This document shows, in pieces, positions 1 through 10,192 of a stretch of DNA of 64,000 nucleotides; position 1 is the stretch's first letter; every line of letters begins with the position of its first letter. The notes beneath the pieces are model-generated. The model made no database searches, had not been told where the DNA came from, and saw only the letters and a list, made by a program, of their open reading frames with translations. The DNA comes from Squalus acanthias (taxonomy: Eukaryota): assembly GCA_030390025.1 (NCBI GenBank), contig CM059433.1, forward strand, positions 32,304,001-32,368,000, in the 5' to 3' direction. Made by a program: the position numbers and the translations under genes.

Positions 1-352
1 GATCTCGGGTTCATGTCACGCTATAGAATGTGACTCGACATCGTTGTCTGTCTTTCCAGTTTTAAAAAAAAAACACAAAAAAAACCAACCAAAAAACCCC
101 CCAAAAAAGTTAAAAGCTCAACTGCAGACGGCAACATTTGACACGTTGGACCCCGTGACCCACCTCATTGTCTTAGCTGTACTCTGATGTGTCTTTGATG
201 TAAAGCCTCCCTAACAGATTGTATCTCTGCAGACAAATTGCTCTCTGTGTATATATACTGTTCATGATGTGGAGATGCCGGCGTTGGACTGGGGTGGACA
301 AAAATGAGAAGTCGCACAACACCAGGTTATAGTCCAACAGATTTATTTAATT

Positions 353-390
353 TTACAAGCTTTCGGAGCTGTCGCTCCTTCGTCAGGTAA
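353..390 (-). ncRNA. Minimal type-I hammerhead ribozyme motif in PLE pLTR
   Basis: On the minus strand: UUAC-CUGACGA-A-GGAGC(GACA)GCUCC-GAAA-GC-UU-GUAA. Conserved core, stem I UUAC/GUAA, 5-bp stem II, palindromic AGCU stem III. Confidence 0.85.
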
Positions 391-636
391 GTTAGCAATG
401 AGAGAATCTCCCAGAATGCACAATTTAAACCCAGACAAAATCTTTTCACATTATTCGCTACAACAAAGAGCACAGCCAAGACAATGAGATGTGTCCCAGG
501 GGGTCCAACGTGTCAAACCACCTGCTGGCTGCATATCCTGTCAATTTGTGTTCTTGTGTTAGCCTTTTTTAAAAAAAAAACCCCCCCCAAAAAAAAACCA
601 AAAAAACCACCTGGGAAGACCGGCCATGATGTCAAG

Positions 637-2733
637 TCACGTTCTGTATCGTGACATGAACCCGATATCGCGATTGAGGCCATCCTCATGAGTGCGGAAC
701 TTGGCTATCAGTTTCTGCTCTATGATTTTGCGCTGTCGTGTATCTCGAAGGCCGCCTTGGAGAACGCTTACCCGCAGATCCGAGGCTGAATGCCCCTGGC
801 TGCTGAAGTGTTCCCCGACTGGGAGGCAACCCTCCTGCCTGGCGATTGTTGCGCGGTGTCCGTTCATACGTTGTCTCAGTGTCTGCATGGTCTCGCCGAT
901 GTACCATGCTCTGGAGCATCCTTTACTGCAACGTATCAGGTAGACAACGTTGGCCGAGTCACATGAGTATGTACCGTGTACCTGGTGGGTAGTGTCCTCA
1001 CGTGTAATGATGGTATCTGTGTCCATGATTTGGCATGTCTTGCAGAGGTTGCCGTGGCAGGGTTGTGTGGTGTCTTGGTTGCTGTTCTCCTGAAAGATGG
1101 GTAATCTGCTGCGAACGATGGTACTTTTGAGGTTAGGCGGCTGCTTGAAGGCGAGTAGTGGAGGCGTGGGGATGGCCTTAGCAAGGTGTTCGTCGTCATC
1201 GATGACATGTTGAAGGCTGCGAAGAACATGGCGTAGTTTTTCCGCTCCGGGGAAGTACTGGACGACGTAGGGTACTCTGTTGGTTGTGTCCCGTGTTCGT
1301 CTTCTGAGGAGGTCTATGCGGGTTTTCGCTGTGGCCCGTCGGAACTGTCGATCGACGAGTCGAGCGTCATATCCCATTCTTACGAGAGCGTCTTTCAGTG
1401 TCCGTAGGTGTCCATCGCGTTCCTCCTCGTCTGAGCAGATCCTGTGTATTCGCAGGGCTTGTCCATAGGGGATGGCTTCTTTAACGTGGTTAGGGTGGAA
1501 GCTGGAGAAGTGGAGCATCGTGAGGTTGTCCGTGGGCTTGCGGTAGAGTGAAGTGCTGAGGCGTCCGTCTTTGATGGAGATTCGTGTGTCCAAGAATGAA
1601 ACCGATTCTGAGGAGTAGTCCATGGTGAGTTTGATGGTGGGATGGAACCTGTTGATGCTATCGTGTAGTCCTTTCAGTGATCCTTCGCCGTGGGTCCAAA
1701 GGAAGAAGATGTCGTCGATGTATCTGGTGTACAGCGTTGGTTGGAGGTCCTGTGCAGCGAAGAAGTCTTGCTCGAACTTGTGCATGAAGATGTTGGCATA
1801 TTGGGGTGCGAATTTGGTCCCCATGGCTGTTCCGTGTGTTTGGGTGAAAAAATGGTTGTCGAAGGTGAAGACATTGTGGTCAAGGATGAAGCGGATGAGT
1901 TGTAAGATGGCGTCCGGAGATTGGCTGTTGTTGGTGTTGAGTACTGAGGCTGTCGCAGCGATGCCGTCATTGTGGGGGATATTGGTGTAGAGTGCCGATA
2001 CGTCCATTGTGACGAGGAGTGTTCCTGGTTCAACTGGTCCATGGGTGCTGAGTTTCTGCAAGAAGTCTGTAGTGTCGCGACAGAAGCTGGGGGTTCCCTG
2101 TACGATGGGTTTCAGGATGCCCTCGACGTACCCAGAGAGGTTCTCACACAGGGTTCCGTTGCCTGATACGATAGGACGTCCGGGTGTGTTGGCTTTGTGT
2201 ATCTTTGGGAGGCAGTAAAAGTCTCCTACGCGGGGAGTACGTGGGATGAGAGCGCGTAGGATGTTTTGAAGGTCTGGATCGAAGGTCTTGATCAGTCTAT
2301 TGAGTTGGCGGGTGTGTTCTTTGGTCGGATCTGCGGGTAGCTGTCTGTAGTGTTCCTGGTTGTCCAGTTGTCGGTATGCTTCTTTGCAATAGTCCGTTCT
2401 GTTCTGTATGACGATGGCTCCTCCTTTGTCCGCTGGTTTGATGACGATGTTGCGGTTGGTCTTGAGTGCGTGGATGGCATTGCGTTGTGCTTGGGTGACA
2501 TTCTGGACTGTCTTGTGAGTACGGCTGATGAATCTGGCGTTGATGCATTTCCTGACAGCTTGAGCATACATGTCAAGCTTAGGGTTGCGACCCTCCGGAG
2601 GGGTCCAATTTGACTCTTTCTTCCTCGGTTGCAGCACTGCGGTTCCCTCTGTCTGCTGTTCCCAATCATTGATTGTCCCATTAGGAATGTTGCTGACATC
2701 TTGGGATTTGTGGTAGTATTCCCGGATCCTCAT
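637..2733 (-). CDS. PLE reverse transcriptase + GIY-YIG endonuclease (698 aa open; N-terminus probably truncated by the inversion)
   Basis: PLE RT motifs IKPADKGGAIV, YCLPKIHK, GRPIVS, MDVSALYTNIP, GTAMGTKFAP, RYIDD, FLD. Cys linker PCHGNLCKTC. GIY-YIG motif NVVYLIRC...WYIGET...RMNGH, and C-terminal GLN. Confidence 0.95.
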   Translation of the reverse strand: MRIREYYHKSQDVSNIPNGTINDWEQQTEGTAVLQPRKKESNWTPPEGRNPKLDMYAQAVRKCINARFISRTHKTVQNVTQAQRNAIHALKTNRNIVIKPADKGGAIVIQNRTDYCKEAYRQLDNQEHYRQLPADPTKEHTRQLNRLIKTFDPDLQNILRALIPRTPRVGDFYCLPKIHKANTPGRPIVSGNGTLCENLSGYVEGILKPIVQGTPSFCRDTTDFLQKLSTHGPVEPGTLLVTMDVSALYTNIPHNDGIAATASVLNTNNSQSPDAILQLIRFILDHNVFTFDNHFFTQTHGTAMGTKFAPQYANIFMHKFEQDFFAAQDLQPTLYTRYIDDIFFLWTHGEGSLKGLHDSINRFHPTIKLTMDYSSESVSFLDTRISIKDGRLSTSLYRKPTDNLTMLHFSSFHPNHVKEAIPYGQALRIHRICSDEEERDGHLRTLKDALVRMGYDARLVDRQFRRATAKTRIDLLRRRTRDTTNRVPYVVQYFPGAEKLRHVLRSLQHVIDDDEHLAKAIPTPPLLAFKQPPNLKSTIVRSRLPIFQENSNQDTTQPCHGNLCKTCQIMDTDTIITREDTTHQVHGTYSCDSANVVYLIRCSKGCSRAWYIGETMQTLRQRMNGHRATIARQEGCLPVGEHFSSQGHSASDLRVSVLQGGLRDTRQRKIIEQKLIAKFRTHEDGLNRDIGFMSRYRT

Positions 2734-3006
2734 TCATGTCACGATACAGAACGTGACTTGACATCATGGCCGGTCTTCCCAGGTGTTTTTTTTTGTTTTT
2801 TTTTTTTGGGGGGGGGGGGGGGGTTTTAAAAAGGCTAACACAAGAACACAAATTGACAGGATATGCAGCCAGCAGGTGGTTTGACACGTTGGACCCCCTG
2901 GGACACATCTCATTGTCTTGGCTGTGCTCTTTGTTGTAGCGAATAATGTGAATAGATTTTGTCTGGGTTTAAATTGTGAATTCTGGGAGATTCTCTCATT
3001 GCTAAC

Positions 3007-3044
3007 TTACCTGACGAAGGAGCGACAGCTCCGAAAGCTTGTAA
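3007..3044 (+). ncRNA. Minimal hammerhead ribozyme motif (inverted pLTR copy)
   Basis: ttac ctgacga aggagcgacagctcc gaaa gc tt gtaa. Confidence 0.85.
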
Positions 3045-3132
3045 AATTAAATAAATCTGTTGGACTATAACCTGGTGTTGTGCGACTTCTCATTTTTATA
3101 TATACTGTGTAATAGATTCCCTAACTGTACCT

Positions 3133-3170
3133 TTACCTGACGAAGGGGCAGCAGCTCCGAAAGCTCATAA
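3133..3170 (+). ncRNA. Minimal hammerhead motif of the host PLE (stem I slightly decayed)
   Basis: ttac ctgacga aggggcagcagctcc gaaa gc tc ataa. Confidence 0.7.
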
Positions 3171-3344
3171 TTTTAAATAAAACTGTTGGACTATAACCTG
3201 GTGTTGTGCGACTTCTCATTTTTGTCCACCCCAGTCCAACACCGGCATCTCCGCATCATGGACATTAATAGTGCAAAGAGGAAATCTCCAAACTCCTTGA
3301 ACGTGCTGTCACCTCCCAAATCTGTGACCAACTTCACCGGAACT

Positions 3345-6300
3345 CCATGTTTGAATGCCTCAAATCAGGTTTCCACCCTTGCCACAGTACCGAAACAGCT
3401 CTTATCAAAGTCACAAATGACATCCTATTTGACTGTGACCATGGTAATCTATCCATCCTCGTCCTTCTCGACCTGTCTGCAGTCTTTGCCACGGTTGACC
3501 ACATCATCCTCCTCCATTGTCTAGCTGGGTGGGGCTGTCCTCACCCAGTTCCATTCTCTTCTATCCAGTTGTAGCCAGAGAATCACCTGCAATGGTTTCT
3601 CCTCCCACTCCCTTTGGTGTCCCACAAGGATCTATCCTTGGTGCTCTCCTATTTCTCATCTACATGCTGCCCCTCGGCGACACCATCCAAAAACACAGCG
3701 TCAGGTTCCACATATATGCAGATGACACACAGCTCCACCTCACTACCACCTCTCTCCACTGTCTCTAAATTGTCTGACTGCATGTCCGATATCCAGTACT
3801 GGATTAACAGAAATTTCCACCAACTAAATATTGGAAAGACCAAAGTCATTGGCCGGAATTTTCCAGGGTGGTAGCGGGTGCCATCAGTGGCGCGTCGGGT
3901 GGGAAAGTTGTTATTTTTGACAGCGGGTCGGGAACCCGCAGTCATCCCGCCCCCACGCGCCTCTCCCCCAGGTGCGTCCGTCATCGCAGAGCCGACCCGA
4001 CCGGCAGCGGTGGGCGACCCAATTGAAATGATTAACAGCTGGTTGTCAGACACTTAACAGGCTTTTTTAACTTACTTTTTAAATTTAACTGCGTGGCCAC
4101 GGGAACCACGCTGCTCGGGAAGCACGCCTGTCAATCTGAGGCGGGAGTTCTGTGGTCATTGCTCCAGCTGATTATTTGACAGCATCAAATGTACAGTAAA
4201 AGCTTCCACCTGACAGATGATCACTTTCCTCAGGCAGAAGCTGTTGCTCAATCCATTTCCAGCACAGATTTTTCAGCAAAGTCTCCATCCAGTCTCACTT
4301 CATTGGAAGAACTCTCTCACCATTGACCGAATGCTTCTGTCATCTGTACTTCACCTGCCATCTATCCCATCAACATGGGTGCCGTTTATACTGTCTCACC
4401 TTGGTCCTCAGAATCGGACCACGATCAGCCCCAACACCAGCAGCACAAGGCACACCAGCACCACCAACAACACCACCACCAACCTTCTCCGCAATCACCT
4501 GATGCTGCGCAGAACAGAGGGCACCAGCACCTGACCACATTACTGCCCGGGAGGCCAGGGATGCCCTCATCATGGCCAGATTTAGTTAACTTTATGGTGT
4601 ACACCCATATGGCTGCCACATGATGTGCCAGGTTGGCACCACCCCACACCAACACCATAAAGTATCCCTACAATGACCAAGCCATTCCTTTCACACACAT
4701 CACCATTGCAGGGGGTATCATTATCTCTCACCATTCACTGCAACTCACTAAGCCACTTCCAAAGGTGCACACAAATCTGTCCAGTGTAGAAAATAAAGAT
4801 TTTTATGTTTGACACCACATTAACAGAAACTTTACACGAACATTGGATTAAACACCCAAGTGGCTACCCTTGTGTGTTGTTAGTTGGTATGATTGCACTA
4901 GGATGAGGATGAGTGTGAGGGGTGGCTAGTGAGATGAGGATGTGATAATGTCAATAGGTTCAAGGTATATTGGTGTGAGTAAGGATTTGCAGGAGTAGGG
5001 TAGGGAAGGCAGAGTGATGTAGATGTGATGAGAGGCACAGCAGGATGAAGTTGAGTGTGGCTTTGTACTAACGTTTCCTGATCTAATGAGATCATTAAAA
5101 CGTTTGCGGCACTGCACCCAGGTCCTCCTGAATACATCCCTGCTTGTGACCTCCTCTGCAATCTGCAACCAGGTTGTATTGGTTTCCTGGGGAGGTCTCT
5201 TCTGCCCATGGGAAGGGAAGAGGACCTCCCTGAGTGCTCTGGAGCTCATGGAGGGAGTCATGGGAGAATCTGGGTGCAGCCTTCTGCCTCTGTGCAGTCA
5301 TTGTCAGTGTTTGCAGCACTTCAATGCTGTAGTACACTGACAGCACTATGTTAGATTAAACGTCAAATGTAATGTGGCCATGATCCCAGCTGAAAATGCG
5401 TCATCAATGACATCATCAGACCCGCTCCATTTAATTGGGCCAGGTAACATGCTGGACGGGCTTAATAGGCCTTATTAACATAATTTTGTTTTCAGCAGCG
5501 GGATGAAGCTAGCAGCGAGGCTGAGACCTGCCGTGGCCACTGCCCGCACTGGACACGTCGAGGTAGGTAAAATTCCGGCCATTGTCTTTGGTCCCCGCCA
5601 CAAACTGCGTTCCCTAGCCACTGACTCCATCCCTCTTCCTGGCAACTGCCTGAGGCTGAACCAATGGTCGGAAGCTCATCTCGTGGTCAAATACTTGACC
5701 CCGAGATGAGCTTGCGACCACATATCCATGCCATCACTAAGACCGCCTATTTCCACCTCCGTAACATCGCCCGACTCTGCCCCTGCCTCAGCTCATCTGC
5801 TGCTGAAACCCTCATCCATGCCTTTGTTACCTCTAGACTTGACTATTCCAACGCACTCCTGGCCGGCCTCCCATCTTCCACCTTCCATAAACATAAGTTC
5901 AACCAAAACTCTGCTGCCCGTATCCTAACCCATTCACCCCTGTGTTTGCTGACCTACATTGCCTCCCGGTTAAGCAATGTCTCGATTTTAAAATTCTCAT
6001 TCATGTTTTCAAATCCCTCCATGGCCTCACCCCTCCCTATCTCTGTAACCTCCTCCAGCCTTACAATCCTCTGAGATATCTGCGCTCCTCCAATTTTGGC
6101 CTCTTGCACATCCCCGATTTTAATCGCTCCACCATTGGCGGCAGCGTTTTCAGCTGCCGAGGCCCTAACCTCTGGAATTCCCCTCTAATCCTCTCTGCTT
6201 CTCTACCTCTCTTTTATACTTGAAGACGTTCCTTAAAACTTTGACCAAGCTTTTGGTCATCTGCCCTAATATCTCCTTATGTGGCTCGGTGTCAAATTTT

Positions 6301-6383
6301 GTTTGATAAATCTCCTGTGAAGCACCATGGGGTGTCTTACTATGTTAAAGATGTTATATAAAAACTAGTTGTCGTTGTTGTTG
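3345..6383 (+). mobile_element. L2-clade LINE, 5'-truncated and decayed, interrupted by a Harbinger derivative at 3851-5580
   Basis: RT fragments [57 protein letters not shown]; (GTT)n-like tail. Confidence 0.9.
3851..5580. mobile_element. Non-autonomous PIF/Harbinger element (internally deleted transposase on +, Myb exon 1 on -)
   Basis: TIR GGCCGGAATTTT / AAAATTCCGGCC; 3-bp TSD ATT. Myb/SANT remnant WLQIAEEVTSRDVFRRTWVQCRKRFNDL on the minus strand. Sibling copy at 51306-53070. Confidence 0.9.
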
Positions 6384-6638
6384 AAATTTCCTTCCATTGT
6401 TACTTCATTTTTGCAATAATTGTTTGTTACAAGAAAATGACACTACTGAGAGATCCACAATAGCCAGTTAATTTATTTGATGCAACTGCTGGAATTTAGC
6501 AACATTCTCACAAAGAGGCCAACAAGAAGCGTACTTGCCTTCCCCCTTAAAGTAGTGAAGAACATAAGAACATAAGAAATAGGAGCAGGAGTAGGCCAGT
6601 CGGCCCCTCGAGCCTGCCCCACCATTCAATAAGACCAT

Positions 6639-6859
6639 AAGTGAGAAGTCGCACAACACCAGGTTATAGTCCAGCAGTTTTATTTGAAATCACAAGCTTT
6701 CGGAGCTGTTGCCCCTTCGTCAGGTCACTTCACCTGACGAAGGGGCAGCAGCTCCGAAAGCTTGTGATTTCAAATAAAACTGTTGGACTATAACCTGGTG
6801 TTGTGCGACTTCTCACTTTTGTCCACCCCAGTCCAACACCAGCATCTCCACATCATGGC
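6639..6859 (+). mobile_element. Palindromic PLE mini-element (inverted pLTR-end arms + tail), hammerhead at 6730-6767
   Basis: About 87-bp inverted arms centred near 6728, then the tail ...CACATCATGGC. TSD CAATAAGA(C/T)CAT at 6627-6638 and 6860-6871. Confidence 0.9.
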
Positions 6860-7959
6860 CAATAAGATCATGGCTGATCTGATCCTGGCCTGAACGCCAC
6901 TTTCTTGCCCGTTCCCCATAACCCTTGACTCCCCTGTAGCTCAAATATATGTCTATCTCCGCCTTGAATATATTCAATGACTCCGCATCCACAGCTCTCT
7001 GGGGTACAGAATTCCAAAGATTCACGACCCTCTGAGAGAAGAAATTCCTCCTCATCTCCATTTTAAATGGGCGACCCCTTATCCTGAAACTGTGCCCCCT
7101 AGTTCTAGATTCCCCACGAGGGGAAACATCCTCTCTGCATCTACCTTGTCAAGCCCCCTCAGAATCTTATATGTTTCAATAAGATCCCCTCTCATTCTTC
7201 TAAACTCTAATGAGTATAGGCCCTACCTGCTCAACATTTCTTCATTAGACAACCCTTTCATCTCAGGAATTAACCTAGTGAACCTTCTCTGAACTGCCTC
7301 CAATGCAAGTATATCCCTCCTTAAATAAAGAGATCAAAACTGCACGCAGTACTCCAGGTGTGGTCTCACCAGCGCCCTGTATAGTTGTAGCAAGACTTCC
7401 TTACTTTTATACTCCATCCCCCTTGCAATAAAGGTCAACATTCCATTTGCCTTCCTAGTTACTTGCTGTACCTGCATGCTAACTTTTTGTGTTTCATGTA
7501 CAAGGACCCCCAGAGTCCTCTGTACCGCAGCATTATGTAGTCTCTCTCCATTTAAATAATAATTTGTTTTTTTATTTTTCCTACCAAAGTGGATAACCTC
7601 ACATTTTTCCACATTATACTCCATCTGCCAAATTTTTCCCAATCACTTAACCTATCTATATCCCTTTGCAGACTCTTTGGGCTGGAAAATGTAATTGGGG
7701 GCGGGCTGGGGGTGTGTCAGATGGTCGGCGGGTCGCGACACTGCCTCCGATGTGAGGCGTGACAATTGACCGATTTTCCCCGAATTGGGCACTTGATTTC
7801 CAGCGTGTGGGAACCCCTGGCCCAATGAGTATTTTGGTGCTGAAACTCACCTCTGATGACGTCGTCTATGCAGCTGCATTTAACGCCTGCAAGCAGCCTT
7901 GGTTCTTCTTCTGCCTTACAACTTTTGCATTATACTTCTGAGGGATTCGTGCTCCAACC

Positions 7960-9945
7960 ATGTCAAGCAGCAGACCAAAGTGTGCACCCCGTTTCAATGA
8001 GAACTCCCTCCAAGCTCTGGTGGAGGGAGCAAGAGCGAATAAGGAAGTGCTGTTTCCTTCTTCTGGGAGGAAAAACCTCCACAACAGACCAAAGCAGTGT
8101 GGCTGCAAGTGGTACAGGAGGTGAATGCCATATCAACGTGCAGCAGAACCTGGCAGTAGTGCAGAAAGAGATTTCATGACCTTCTCCGCACAGGAAAAGT
8201 GAGTATTCCATCCACATGGTCCTCAATCTGATCCCCATCGCCGCTCATCACCAGCACTCTGCTTTGTCAACATCATCCTCCACATCCCACTTGACCCTTA
8301 CATCCATGGACCCTTAACCATTCCCTCTCTCTGTATGTTCACATTCACTTAACTATTTGACTATGCAGCCCTCACACTCCCTATTACTATGATGCAATGA
8401 CAACAACTTACAACACACAGGGAGGGCGCTTGGTATTGGCACCTCACTCCATCTTTGTGTCCTTCTAAGCATCTATGCTATGGATTCTCCACACTCACTC
8501 CTTCATTCTCACTCAAACTCCACTTGTCTCCCTCATTGCAGGAAAAGAGAGCGCACAATAAGAGGGAGAGGGCGAGGACAGGAGGAGGGCCACCCTCAAT
8601 AGCACAGCTCATCACTGCAGAGGAGGCGGCCCTGGAGATCGTGGGAGTCGAGGAGGATGCGCAAGTGGGGGACGGACAGACGGGTGCATCAGAGCAAGCT
8701 GGTGACAGAATAGTTTTTCATCTCTCTCATTGACATTGCATGAGTGACTGATATTGATTCTAATGCTCTAACAGATTGACTTATGAGCATCTGCACAATT
8801 CAATGTGCATGCAACGTTTATCTCACATCTCTAACTCTTTCCTTTACTCCCCCACAGGACCAGCGACAGACCCCCTCCCCTCTGTCCAGGAGGAACAGCC
8901 TGAGCCCCCAGGCTCCTCAGAGGAAGCTGCAACCTCTGAGGGTGCAGCGTCAGCAGAATTAAGCGCACCCAGCACCAGCGCAGACACTCACATCTCGGTG
9001 GGACCTTCGCCAGATAGAGTAGAGTTGTCACCTGGTGTATCACAGCTCAAAAGTGAGCATCAGCAGATGGTGGAGACAGGCACAGCAGTGGAGAATCCTC
9101 GTCAGAGGGCGCAGGAGTCTCCCAGCTCGGCTCAGCTGCATGTCGGCCTTGTGTCTCCGGGTCCATCCAGAAGGAGAGCGGTGCTGGAACTCCAGGAACA
9201 GGTGCAGGAGTCTCTGGCAGGTTTTGCCTCCAGGGTCGCTGCGAGTGTGGAGCAAATGGAGGAGTCCATCGCTAGCATGAGCAGAGCATTTGTGGAGGCA
9301 TTGGCGCATGAATGCATCACCACGGAAAGGATGGCAACCTCCGTGGAAAGGATGGCTACCTCCATGGTAAGGCTGGCTACCGTAGAGGAGAGGATGGCTA
9401 CAGCCATGGAGGAGCTAAGTCGCCTGGGTCTTGAAAACATGGTCATTGTTCAGAATAGACTGACATCGATTGAGGAGCAATGATCAGCTATTGAGCAGAG
9501 AAACCAGATCTTCATGGGAGTCGTCTGGAGCAGGACTGCCAGTGCAGAAACGGGTCCTCATGGCCCCCCTGAAGTGCAGCAAGGTGCTGTCAAGCCACTT
9601 GCTAGCTCTGAAGTGGGGCTGACCCATGAGAGCGATGTTGGTGGCAGAGAACAAGGAAGTGGGGGCTCCTCTCCAAGCACTCACACGACCATGCCACTGC
9701 AGAGCCCTCGGTCAGAGCCCCACTAGAGTCCTCTCCCAACTGAGATGGGCGTTTCAGCCCCTGCACAGCCACAGGAGCAGCAGACTGTTGGCAAGCCGTC
9801 ACAGGCTCGCAACCCCAGAGGGCACCCGCCAAAGGTGTCGAGGCAGAAGCAGCAAGAAAGTGAGCAAGGGGCCTCCACATCTGCTGAAGCCATAGGGGAA
9901 GCACCATGTAGGAGCATGCGTAAGAGAAAGATAAAGCACAAGTAG
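7960..9945 (+). pseudogene. Harbinger Myb/SANT (NAIF1/MSANTD-like) DNA-binding protein, 3 exons (7960-8198, 8542-8701, 8858-9945), disrupted
   Basis: MSSSRPKCAPRFNENSLQALVE...CRKRFHDL, then GT; AG then EKRAHNKRERARTGGGPP; exon 3 coiled-coil with basic C-terminus RKRKIKHK. Frameshift/stop in exon 1 and in-frame stops at 9481 and 9724. Confidence 0.85.
9323..9408 (+). repeat. 21-bp coding tandem repeat (ERMATSV-like heptads) in Myb exon 3
   Basis: ERMATSV-ERMATSM-VRLATVE-ERMATAM; three units in the copy near 30375-30440. Confidence 0.75.
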
Positions 9946-10192
9946 TCACTTGGGTGTCCTGTTGTGTTTATTTTTGAAAAGCCATCCGTGACTTTATGTG
10001 ATAAAAAAAACTTTTTGGCAAATTGTTGAAGTTGTGGGCTGTGTCATTTCGCAAATGGGACTTGCACATTGAGGACTTAGGGCGACTTGCAATTTTCAGT
10101 ATGGTGGTCAGAATGATAGGAATCCACAGGTTCTTGGCCACTGTTGTTGCGCTGGTAAGAAGGTGCGAGGCAAAAGTGTTTGATTGGGCAGG

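Larger units (their letters stand above)
262..3096 (-). mobile_element. Penelope-like retroelement (probably Neptune-type), 5'-truncated, with inverted pLTR
   Basis: Encodes RT + GIY-YIG. About 301-660 is a near-perfect inverted copy of about 2733-3096. Flanked by the 12-bp direct repeat TATATATACTGT (250-261 and 3097-3108). Confidence 0.95.
1..3260 (+). mobile_element. 3' part of a Penelope-like element (ORF C-terminus, 3' pLTR with hammerhead, 3' tail), split by a nested PLE at 262-3096
   Basis: 1-33 translates DLGFMSRYRM*, matching the C-terminus DIGFMSRYRT* of ORF 637..2733. Segments 1-261 and 3109-3260 join into a pLTR like the copy at 49937-50420, with a hammerhead at 3133-3170 and tail ending CCGCATCATGG. 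Confidence 0.85.

Noticed and set aside
686..2699. Many short overlapping and antisense ORFs in the PLE
   Set aside because: Shadow frames of a GC-balanced coding region; no motifs.
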